Below, one piece after another: positions 24,660 through 36,800 of a stretch of 64,000 nucleotides of DNA (its first letter is position 1; each line of letters starts with the position of its first letter). The DNA is taken from contig OZ316895.1 of the NCBI GenBank assembly GCA_973895155.1, forward strand, positions 10,652,184-10,716,183, in the 5' to 3' direction. The translations under genes were made by a program, and so were the position numbers. The notes under the pieces are model-generated. The model saw only the letters and a program-made list of their open reading frames with translations, made no database searches and had not been told where the DNA came from. Origin of the DNA: Marsupella aquatica. Its lineage: Eukaryota > Plantae > Marchantiophyta.

Positions 24660-25701
24660 AGTGAGCTGAGATCGGACGGAAGTGGGACTGACCGTTGCAT
24701 CTCCAGTACATATTGAAGAGACAGTCCAGCTCTCCAGATCGAAGTACGAAAGAGATGACTAATGACACCACTCGCTGCTTCATTTTTTCTCTTCTCTGTA
24801 GTCCAGTGACACTGTAGAGTTCATCTCTACGACCGGGGAGAAAATCAGGCAAAGCAGGTACAGCTTCTTTGAGTCTACGAGCTTCAATCCACACTGCAAA
24901 ACCACTGGCGTTTACCAAATTACCCGTATGGAGATGCAGTTCTTGCATGCGATTTCGGAAGGAGGGCCATACTGAAGGTCTTTACATGGGGACTTGCTTA
25001 TAAAGCAATTGACTTGGACAACGGAGAGATGGGAGCAGGAGGACTTTTCTAGCCAGACTTAAGTTTTCGAGAAACTTTCCATCCCCACTCCCTCTGCAGT
25101 ACCTTCGACAAGCCCACATCGCTTCTACTAAGAGATGACAGCTCTGCGCCTTGGAACAAATGGGGGCGATCACATGGTCAAGACGAACCGAACATTCAAC
25201 TGGATCAGTGCCCAACACAGCAATCAGAGACTCTCAACACTCCTGCCCAAGATTTCCCCACTCCAGCGCAGGCCTTGATTCGTTGGATCAGTCGAGCTCA
25301 GGTGCAATTACTAGACAATCACGAGAACAATCCACGGATCATCTGATACTTCCTGTTACTGAGCGCGTGTTTGTGAAAATGTCTCTTCCTCCAGGGCTCC
25401 ATTGTTTGAGATACTTAATTTGAGGAGAAAATCGTGATGGTCAGGGGTCTGGCCAAGTCCATAGAAGCTCCTTCGAAGAGAGCACCAGGACAACAGCACT
25501 AAGCTGAATAGGGGATTGCTACACGGATGAAATTGGTTCTTGCCGAACCTTGTCCTGAAACGGAAAAATCAATAGAATGGGCCACGGTTTTTATTACCGT
25601 TCATGCGGATTGCAATGTGTTGGGGACTCGCCTGGGGTGAAATGGCATGTCTCCCTGTATCGGTCACTCCTTGTCCGAAAATTAAGCCATGCTAATCGCA
25701 A

Positions 25702-25928
25702 GAGTGATTTGCTTGACGGGACCCCAAAATGACACTTGATGACACAAAAATGAATTATGTTACTTGATAGGACCCTATCAATATTCAAAACTTCAAGGGT
25801 CCTATCAAGTACGAAAAAAATCAAGCAAATCACTCCTAATCAGCCTAGTGTAAAGTACCCAAAACTTGAAAGGTCCTATTATTATTAACATAATTCATTC
25901 ATTTTGAGGTCCATCAAACAAATCACTC
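25702..25928. mobile_element. MULE-like MITE, same family as 16681-16847
   Basis: GAGTGATTTGCTTGACGGGACCCCAAAATGA ... TCATTTTGAGGTCCATCAAACAAATCACTC, with internal GATAGGACCC/GGGTCCTATC. 10-bp flanks CTAATCGCAA / CTAATCACAA. Extra internal right end at ~25821-25835. Confidence 0.8.
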
Positions 25929-28339
25929 CTAATCACAAGCCAGCAGAGTGTTTTCGGTTTGAAGATAGGTCTTCAAGGTCAACAGCCAATGTTCCTCTAA
26001 CTGAATACATTAATTGTGGATTTTTTTGAAGGTCTTGAAAGTAAATTTAAGAGCCTAAGTTGTTCTAAGCAAAGAAATTCTGTAGAGCTTGATTAGACTC
26101 CCTGGCGAAATTACATGGAAGGGATAAGCACAGTCCTTTAGGGTCAGTCACACGTAATGCCCACGTGACGTGACAAAGGCCTCCGTTCTTACTAATTGAC
26201 CTGATCGTCAGCACGATTGTGCTTAGTGGAAAAACTTAATGGGCCCCCTCCAGGGCAAAGGAGCCTAACTAGGCCCCTACATTTGGAAGGACTTGCTAGG
26301 GCCCCAGTCCTTGCAGCCCACGCACGTTCCATGTAACCCAGCCCCCTGTAACCCTGGTCTTCCACAGTCAACCAGCCTAATACCCTGCATCCTTCTTGTC
26401 CTCGTGAGCATATTTTAAAATATTTTTGTTGATGTCTCCAAAGTGATGGGTGTGAAGTTAATTCTGAAAGGTTTCCTATCTAATTTTCTTAGTTTAATTA
26501 CAGACCATTATACTTCACCTTAGACCGTAGATAGGAGAACTGTAAGATTCTGGCAAATGGGGTCTATGGCTAGGTAAGAAAGTAGGCAGACTACCAAAGC
26601 TAGCTTTTGCTTAAAGTGGCTAATACTCTTTACAGCAGTTGCATGCTGTTATTCTGCAGCAGTTTTTTGGGACGGGCAATTTGGAGACTCCCTACTGCAG
26701 TATCACTTAAGGTGTCACTATGGGTCACAGCGTCTGGCTGGAAAGTTAATTTTAACGGGTTGTTCGTTTGAGATGGGTTGCAACACCCGCCATTGGTTAA
26801 CTCAACATCCGGAGGGCATTGGCACATTTGTGCGTACCAATTTTTGGTGTGGAAATTTGAGTGTTAAGGGTTATAGGTAAGGTGGATGAAAGATGTTTAT
26901 AGTCAAATTTGCACCATTTTAAGCATACACACCTCTTTAAGTTTCTTTAAGAACATTGCAATGACTAAACAATTTGTGCACAGTCTCAGGGTTTAGTGTA
27001 CACATCTCTTTCAGCCTCTTCAAGAAAATTAAATTATTTGGAAGGGTTTGGGGTTTAGGTTTTATGGTTTATAGTATGCTTTTAGAAATTAAAAGAGATT
27101 TGTACTTGTACTTAATTTTGTGAATAAGTCTTATGGTTAAACTTACAGGCTAGGATTCATTACAGAGCTCTGGAGTGAATCCAGACATACACACCTCTTT
27201 AAGCTTAAAATTCTTTAACAACATTGTAATGACTTAGGGTAAATTCCGCATGGCCTTATGGTTTGTTATTGTTATATGCAAGGGTTTATTAGAGACATAT
27301 AGACTGACTTTGGCACAATTTTGGTTGTGAAGTCTGTTTAAGCAAACTTATCTTACTTGAACCATTTTCTCATTTATGAGGAAAAGAAAAAAGGGGCTCC
27401 TTAAAAGAGTTGGGTCTAGGGGTTGCCACTAATTTATGAGGAATCCACAAATTCTTAATTAGTGTCATGAATGAACACCTATGAATGCACGGGCCAGTCC
27501 TTGTGTTCGCAGACTTAGGAAATGAGAGTAATATTAATATCCTGTGCAATAACATTGGATGTAGTAATTCATCAACAGGTCGGAGGAGAGTCGTACAACC
27601 TCATCCAAAAGGGTTGGTGATGAAACTTGTTTAAACTTACTCAGTTTGAGGGAGGTTGTTGTGGAGAACACCCTCCCTACACACCCCTAATCAATGGTTT
27701 ATGAAGCCCACCACAACTACAGTAGAGGGCTGAGGGCCCTCCACAATGTTGTCTTTAAAGGTACTTTTGGCTGCCACTATGCCACTTACATCAGCTTTTT
27801 ACAAGCACTTTAGACAAAAGTTAAAAAATAAAATTTGAAATAAGAAGCCAACATTAGTATCATTCTTGCCTTTGGATCAAGTTCACCGAATTTTTTGCAC
27901 ATACTCAGTTGATTGGGTAAGTAACTGTAATTCTTGCAGATAGTTAATGCATATAGTCAGATAACACTAATTAGGGTGTACATATTCTCTTGTCCAATGT
28001 CAGCAGCAATTCATTGAAGATCATAATGAAAAACCGTCATTTCTCAAAATCCATTCTGCGAGGTCGCTAGTACCATCATTATTACTTCAATACTTCTCAT
28101 CCTCACACATGTGCAGCGGCCTTTCGGCCTTTCCGGCTTTCCCAAACGGGATAGCCCCTTTATCATTATTACGTAGAAAGAAACTGGACTGTAACGACCT
28201 TTCCCAAATTAGATTAATTATGTTGAGAACGAATGTACCAAGAAAGGGCCATCAAAGTACAAATGGAATAAAGGCGAACGAGGGCCAAACTCGAAAGAAC
28301 AGGGCAAATGCAAACCCCAAAAGTGGATAGCTTAGCAAA

Positions 28340-29425
28340 TAAATACGCAAAACGAATCTGGATACAACCTCATCATCACCTTTTCGTTTTACAAACATGA
28401 AAGTGAGAAAAGTAGGGCAAATGCAAGGTGTATCTATGTAAAAAGAAACTAACTGGATACAACCTCATCATCACCAAGTTATGCAGAAAGAAACTTTGGA
28501 TACAACCTCATCATCACCTTTTTCTTTGACAAACATCAAAGTCAAACGAAGAGTGCAAAATAATGCAAAATGCCAAAACATGAGAGCGTAGTGGTGGACT
28601 TAATAATGTAGAAGAAACCGGATACAACGTCATCATCACCTTCTTCTTTGACAAACATGAAACTCAAAAGAAAGGGCAAAATAAAAGAAAAACCCCAAAA
28701 CATGAAAGCGTAGTGATGGACTTAATGTGGAAAGAAATGGGATACAACCTCATCATCACCTTCTTCTTTGACAAATATGAAGCTCCAAAGAAGAGGGCAA
28801 ATGCCCAGCCCCTAAACATGAGAGCGCAATTGTGGATTTATGTAGAAAGAAACCGGATACAACCTCCTCATCACCTTCTTCTTTGCCAAGCATGAATCTC
28901 AAAAGAAGAGGGCAAATGCACAGCCCGAAAAAACTTATGTAGAGAGAAACTGGATACAACCTATCATCACCTTAACTTAGAAACTGGATACAAAACATGA
29001 GAACATAGCGGTGTATTTGTTTAGATAGAAACCTGATACAACCTCATCATCACCTTAACTTAGAATGAAACTGGATACAAAACATGAGAACATAGCGGTG
29101 TATTTGTTTAGATAGAAACCTGATACAACCTCATCATCACCTTAACTTAGAATGAAACTGGATACAAAACATGAGAACATCGCGGTGGATTTGTTTAGAA
29201 AGAAACCAAAAGAAACGATACAACCTCATCATCACCTTAACTTAGAATGAAACTGGATACAAAACATGAGAACATAGCAGTGGATTTATTTAAAAAGAAA
29301 CCCGATACAACCTCATCATCACCTTAGCTTAGGATGAAACTGGCTACAAAACATGAGAACATAGCGGTGTATTTGTTCAGAAAGAAATCGGATCTAAATT
29401 TGGATATAACCTCATGACCACCCTT
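28340..29425. repeat. Tandem repeat array (minisatellite): ~120-bp units grading into 87-bp units
   Basis: Core GATACAACCTCATCATCACCTT appears ~12 times. Period ~120 bp at 28500/28620/28740. AAACTGG(A/C)TACAAAAC at 28981, 29068, 29155, 29250, 29337 (periods 87, 87, 95, 87). Confidence 0.95.
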
Positions 29426-30899
29426 TTCTTTGGTTGTCAGACGAAATAACGGCGGCTTCTAAGAAAGGAAGAAAGGAAGAAATCTGACGCCTCGAGCCCT
29501 CTACTCATCCCTACTGTCTAGTGTGTACGATGTGTCGATGTGGATTAATTTTGCCGATTTGGGGGAGGGCTGAGCTGTGATTGGGTCTGTCTGTGACTGG
29601 TTCTGACTTGACTCCAGAACCGTCGGTGGGCAGACCGAGCAACCGAGCGGCGAGCGTGAAAAAAATGACGGACGCCCGGCTCCGCATTGGCTGCCGAGGT
29701 TTCGCTGCGGGGCCCATATCATGTCACTTTGGATACTCATGCTCTCATACTCGGGATTCTTCACACTAGAGTAGGAATGAATGAGGTCGCTGATCAAATT
29801 CATCAGTGCCAAACAGCAGAGGTTTACGACATTTTTGCTGACAGTGAGAGGAGATTGGCGACGGATCTTGCTTGATTCTTGGGGGACACTCACCCGATTG
29901 AGGGAGCGAGAGTACTCCTGTTCGCTCCTTCATTCTTGGCTGTGAATTCTCGCCGTCTCGGTACGTTTCTTGGCAGCGCAGATCACAGAGATGAGAGAAT
30001 GCTGGGTTCTTCTGCTGTCTACAGCGTTTGCAGGAATTACGCCCTTTCATATCAACGGACTTTGATACGAATCTGGAGAAAGAGCGGACGCAAGAACGCG
30101 AATTGGGAATGTGAGAGGATGAGAAGTGAAATTCCTCGGAATCTGATGAGCGGTCGAGTGTTTGTTAGGTTCGTGGAGTCTGATGAAAGGTGCGGCATGT
30201 GTGGCATGATAAGGCTAGAGGATTCCATGGTCGCAAATTCATTGTGTGAGATAACTTCGAACTGACCTTCTGTGCAGGCACGCAGGTAGGTAGTTAGCAG
30301 ATGGCGGAGCCCCGAGGGAAGAGCCAGGATTAAAACCTCAGGTTGATCTTCTTGGGCTGGCCGACCTCGCCAAAGGTGTGTCCTAAGTTTATCATCTATA
30401 CCGTTGTAAATGCTATCCAATGCGTTGGTGCAAGAGAAGAAAAGAATTTGCCATTTTCTAGCCAAGGAATAGGCAAGAACCATAGTTGTCTGGCAGCGTA
30501 AGCACGTAGCGACCATTTCCATTCAAGGACTGCTAATGCTGCTCCACCCATCCTGTACGCAGCAAATGGAAGAATCCTCCTGAGTGAGTGAGAAAGAAAG
30601 AATTTAATGTTGGGGTAGCGTCCGGGGATGAAGCACGAGTCGTGTCGAGCAAGTACTCGATCATGTACACCCAAGCAGGCATTGAGAACCATCCACAGCA
30701 AATTGCAAATTCAACTGCGGGTCATAGTTTTGGGGCTCGAATGTTGATGCTTAAGCCGGCTAAGAGCTCTCTTAGCATCGTCCGGTTTCAGTCGAGCATC
30801 AGTCAGTGAGCGAGGAGGGGGACGGAGCATTGGAAGTTTCCAATTCGCCTGCCGTAGTAAGGTACCGGTCTGTCTTTTCCAAGAAGAAATGGGGCTCGA

Positions 30900-33800
30900 A
30901 TGTGGATGGCTCGGGTGATGGCCCAGCCGGGCAAAGAGTTCTCCAGGCGTTCTCCTGTTTCGGACGAGCATCAGTGGGTGAGGGGGGTAGGGAGGACTGG
31001 TGACTTTGCCAATTCGCCTGCTACAGCAAGGGATCCAGCTGATATTTTCCAGAAAAAAACTATCCCGTTGAAGATGGACGATTATGCGAGGAGAGACATC
31101 CGTCGACTTGGGGGAAAAGAGCCGGTCACGGTTACTCCTGCTGCGAAGGAGCTGCAATTTAAGGCTGGAGGGGTCACTATGGTCTCCAAGATGCAGACCC
31201 CTGGGAGCAGTAGTTCTACCAAGGAGAAGACTGGTAATGCCGGAGGGTTTGACCCTGCTTCCCCATCTCCCGGGCAAGGAAAGCGGCCTCAGCAGGCAAG
31301 CCAAGATTCAACACCTCGTCCGGCGCAAAAGAAGCTGAAGTTTGACCAGGAATTGTGCCTTCATGTCCTTCTCCCGAATGGGATGGCCTTTAAGGTCACC
31401 GCTGATGTCCCAAAATCAGTGAATGAATTACTTGCCCTGATCAAATTGAAGTCAACCGATCACAAGGACGACACAGAGAGCTCCGATTCAAGAACCGTTG
31501 AGTGGGGCCGGAATGTCTGGCTCACGGATCACAGCGGGAATACGCTCGATCAGAATTTGTTAATTGCAGCCATCGCCTCCGCAAAGTCTAGCGGCTCTCT
31601 CCGTATACTTGTCCATGATGGACATCCCAATACGTGCCACAAAGCCGAGGTGATGTAGATTTATCAAATGATACCTGAAATAATGTTTTGTTGAAAGTTT
31701 TCTGATTTTTCTCCTTCGTCTCTAGCTGTCCTCACTCTGTCCTAATGTCGTATTCCCTGCAGTGGGATATCACTCCCGAGCCCGACATCCTCGGAAAGCT
31801 TCCACAGGGTTACACGTTAGAAACCGCATTGGCCGACCAAGTTGTGAGTGAATACTTCTCATATGTCCTGGAATATTGAGTATGTTTTTTTCTCTTGTGT
31901 CCTTTCCATAGCTTTGGCCATCTGTACAGGGCCAAAGCTGGGGAATCGACGTATCGAGAATCTGTGTAATTCGAAGATCATTCGACAGTTGGAACCATTG
32001 TAACGTAATTGAGAGCCAAAGCAGGGGCTGGTCTTACTGCAGCTTGTACTCACATTGTTATCCGGGAGTCGCAGGATAATGCCTTGCAAGCTGTATGGCA
32101 CAATCCGGAAGACTGTCAGCGTCTAGTGAGGTAAGGATATTGTTTTCATGATAACTCTACTTTCGCCATTGTTCTGGGTGATACCATTTCTTCTAAAACT
32201 CGGGTGATATGAGTCCTGCTTAATTCCTCGTTTGATTGTTACTTGACAAGTCTGTCGTCGCGCAGTGTAATTTTGACTGAAGGCAAGATCACCATTTTTG
32301 ATACCGGGCAAGGCATGGATGCCAGCGAGGAAAATTCCATTCAGCACTGGTGTGTAGACTTCACAGCCCCGAGTTGGTGTCTCCATACCTCTATTCGTTT
32401 ACCCTAATATTCTGGTCGTCGGGTGAGGCCAATCTGGTTAATGTTACGTGGACATCGTGAGTCCAAGATTCGGTCAATGTGGTTTTGGTTTTTGAGTTTC
32501 TGTTTTCGGACAGGGGCATGCAGAAGTCTCTTTGCTGTAGGAAGCTTGATAAATGGCACTGGGAGCTTCGTAATGTCAGTGTCCTCGCTGAAGGTTTCAG
32601 GGCTGTTGGGTGATTTACAAATTTCAAGTCTTAGAATCGAAATTGATGTTTTCTCGATTTCCAGGATTACTTAATAGTGTGTAGTCTAACGGAGAGGTTG
32701 ATGGTTCCATTTTTCTTCGTTCTAGGGGCACAGTTGGTGGCTCGATGCACCGTGCCGTACATCACAAAGCCATTGGCGGGGAGCCTCCATTCCTCACGGT
32801 GAGAGAGTGAGTGGTAGAATTTTGTCAGTAGTTTGTGCATGGGAGTTCCTTTCCTCGCCATCATAACTCCGTGTTCAGACATGGACCAGATTACGTTGTC
32901 CTTCTAGCGTACAATATGAAACTGTGACTCTAGATAAATTTTGTATTTGAGATTTCTGTTAGTCTCACACTCCAATGTGATTTTAAAATTAGTTTATGTG
33001 TGGCGCCCGGACCTTGTGTATACAGCCTTACTTGGGAAAGTATGGCGCTGGAGGAGTAGCTGCAGCACTGCACCTAGGCAGGTGAGTTTTAAAAGAGTGA
33101 TCCAACTGATTTGGATTCTGTAACATAATTAAAGGTGATTATGCACGAGGAGTATATCCAATTTCGTACGCTTGGAAGTACTTAAATATCTGATAGAATT
33201 ATTTAGTGTAGGTGGTCCCATGGAGCAACCTTCCAGATTCTTAGTAAAGTTGTATCCAGATTGGAGAATCTCTCAGCAGACTGAAACTTCCAGTCAGCTC
33301 CATTTATATATAAACAACGCTGAAGTTGATTCCTCCTAAGTGAGTAGAGAATCCGCTTCCATTTCTTAGCTCCTTTTAACATCGTGCAGACTACAGTTAT
33401 TATGTTGTTTACTATTTTGAAAAAATCACTCGTCTGGCTTTTGTATTTCAATCATTTATTGTTGAAACGAATGTTGTCGCAGGTCCGTGACTGTATGGTC
33501 GAAGACCAGAGCGTCGAAGATGGTTGTCAGTTTGCATATTGAACCAAAGATCCTTGTTGACAAGCGAGGAAATGATCCCCGGCAAAGAGTGTGGAAGGTA
33601 CGGATTTGTCGTTGCATTTTTACGTGTTATCTTCCACTTTGAACAAACCCTACATACGTCTGTAAACCTACTGCCTGTACGAACTGAAATGGAAGGTCAA
33701 GAGATTTCCCGATAACAAGAATTATTCATTGTCCGGTCACTCATTTGGACCCTTCTTCTTTCGGTAAATGGAATTGAAGGATTCATGCTCTGAGTTCGAT

Positions 33801-36800
33801 AGTTGTCGGATTTGAAAAGACTGTAAATATAGCCTTCTCTAGTTGGGGTAAAATCTCTCCTATATGTAATATGTTTCTAATGTGCGACCTACTACAGTGT
33901 CGAAACGGTTTCCACAGTTGGTTATGACTCGTGACAGTGCCAGTGACTGGTTGGATCTTGATTTCTGTAGACTAGTGGGACATTTCGAGCCATGACGAAA
34001 GAGGAGAAAAAAATGTCTCCCCACGAAAGTTTCACTAGGGTAAGCGTAGTTCTCCTTTTTGCAAATAGTTGTAAGGGCGATGTGGATTTCAATAAATTGA
34101 AGTTTCCGTATTCAGTGCAAATCGATAGAAATTACCGTGACAAGTACGCCAGAAGTGGAGGAAGACCATTTAGAAAGAAACTTTGAGGGCGTGGGAAAAT
34201 TTTCAGGGCCAAGTGCTCCAGAAGTGAAGCGCTACTGAAGCACCGTTAATGTCCATGCAGACTAGTACAATTGGATGAGGGTTGTAGAATTGTTTAAATA
34301 TTCAGTCAGCGGATCTTATGAAGGGAGAAAATAGACTGGCCGTAGGTAATCAGACAGAAGTTAGTCAAACGTCCAGATAAGGCCAAAGACTTCACGTACT
34401 GAGGAAAATATTATGGCTGAACCTGCAGGTCGAAATATCAAAATTAAAGTCCCAGTATTGTATAGCTGAAAATGGAACACAATACTGGAAGGTCGAGCAA
34501 ATTAGATCTCTTCTAAAGGACATATATTTTCCTTACATTCAGGTTTGACGACTCCTCCCTTTGCAGACTATTTGAATGTAAAAGTCAGTAAATTAATGTT
34601 GCTGAGCTGGAAGTGCGTCTATACTTACTACTAGTAGATATATTCTTGCCGCTCGTACGACTTGTGTGCAGATTGAGGGGGTTCCTTTTTGTAAGAACAT
34701 GTAATAGAGTACACAGTCATCATCTACCATGCGGTGAAGGACTTGATCAAGTGGAGTAAAAGTAGAGATGCTGCGTTTGATTGTTTTTTGTATGAGTTGA
34801 TTTCGTTAGCAAGATGTCTACACGTTCAATACGGTAATAGTTGTTTTGGTGAAATCTGGCAGACGGACAGAATACAGGGGTCATCGTCCAAGACTGTCTG
34901 TCCTGTCCAATTTACGGTATCCTCCACCTGATTTCGGTTCAACTTCTCATTTTCAAGTCATGAAATTTGATGTACAGTCCAGTTTGATCATAGCCGGTTC
35001 TTTCAGCTGTAAAAAGTCAAGTTGGTAGTGTCATGCAATTGTCCATGGATAATTGTAACTCACATTGGATCAACACTACAGTTTACAATGTTTGGAGAAA
35101 AGTTGGAACCATATCCGTTGTGTATATCCATGTTGCCCCAAAGTAGTCAAGCCTTCATGCACTTCCAGGGGATTTGCAGATGTTCTGTTTCTTGTCAACG
35201 GAAACACAGTGTCGATGGTCTTTGACTGATGAATTTTGCGAGCAACTTGTAAGCGAATGGTTTTGTGACCTGCATTAAACTCGTCCTTTTCAGGTTAACG
35301 GTGTAGACCTGTGTGATGTCACAGAATGTGAAACTGCAATTTGTAATATGCATACCTGTCACGGATTACCGTTTATGTTTGACATTTTTATGAAGAAAGC
35401 AATTGATGGTAAGCTTACTTGCACTTGACGGTAAGCTTACTTGCTGGCCGTGATTTTTGATCTTGTTGATGGAATCCGATGGATGGGTGCTGTATCTGAA
35501 ATTGCGCTGCATTTTTGTGTTACCGGTTGATCATGTCAACGTAAGTTGGCAAAACGTGTTCTTCATTGAAAGGGTTTGCCAACTGGGCGCATTGGTCACC
35601 CAAATGAAAGGCTTGCATCTCTGCACGCTGCTTGGGAATTCGTGATGGTCCTCGGTGTCCTTCTCAGCGTCGCTAGTTCTAAATTACTACTGATTGGGGT
35701 ATCGTGATCTGATTTTCAAGGTTGCTGATCATTTGAAGATCTAGCAGGTCTCTGCTATATCTTGACTTCAACTTTGACGGATTTCTTGATTATGATGGTG
35801 TGATGTATATTCTGTAGAATGGGATACAGAAGAAGGCAGGCCCACGAGACAAAAGTTACAGGAAGTGGACAAGGCCAATGCTCGGATTACCTGCCGTTAT
35901 TACCCTAATCAAAAGGTAAGTCTCACTTGTCGTTTTTTGAGTGACACCAGCAGATCTTCATGAGAGATTACGTATTGACACTGGCCTACTTTCAGGGCAA
36001 GGAGTCGCTTGATACTGTAGTTGAAGAGGTCACAAAGTTCAGCCAAAATTCTTTTACACTTGAAACAATGCATCGGGTTACGATTAGGTGGCTTGGAAGG
36101 CTGCTTCCTGAAGCGAAGTGGGTATGTACATCTCCTCCTGTTCCTGGTTTTGGTCAATGCAGTAGTTCAACGGATAACTTTTGAGAATTTTATCTGAACA
36201 TAAAGCATGTGAATGTATCGTGAGCTTCTGTATGGTGTATTAATTACTTTGTATGCTCTCCAGTCTCGTTGTACACGTTTCTGGGATTTCATGAATCTTG
36301 TTGGAGATGTCTATCGCACAATGACAGTCATTGGGTCTTGAAAAGTACCTACCAGTAATTACCTCTCACTTGCAGCCCATACTTCCATTCATGGAGGTCT
36401 CTCCAAAGAAGGAGAAACAGTTAGGTGTACGGCGCCCGTGGTCCAAGCGCGTTAGAGCTACCGTAGGTACGTTTCGTTTTTCCTCCAGCAGATCAGTGGT
36501 TGGACACCACTAGCTTTACATCAAAGAGGTTACTGGATGTCTTAGAGGATTTCAAAGTCATATAGAATGAATTATAATTTGTAAGACAGTTTTGCAACCT
36601 GGTCTTGACAACCAGGGCTGTATTAAGTACTTGAAGTTGCTTTTGTTACAGACACGGATGCAGGCTTTCATCCGAATCAGTCAAAGGTAGGTTTGCTTTC
36701 CAATTCGAGTCATTTCTTTTGCTCTCGTGGCCTTCAAAATAGTTTCTTCATTCGTGATTAGACTCTGCCTGGAATAATCCTGACAAGGTGACCCTCTGGA

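Noticed and set aside
28340-29425. CRISPR-like look: a conserved ~22-nt core separated by longer sequences
   Set aside because: The intervening sequences are homologous to each other, there are no cas genes, and the context is eukaryotic. It is a minisatellite.
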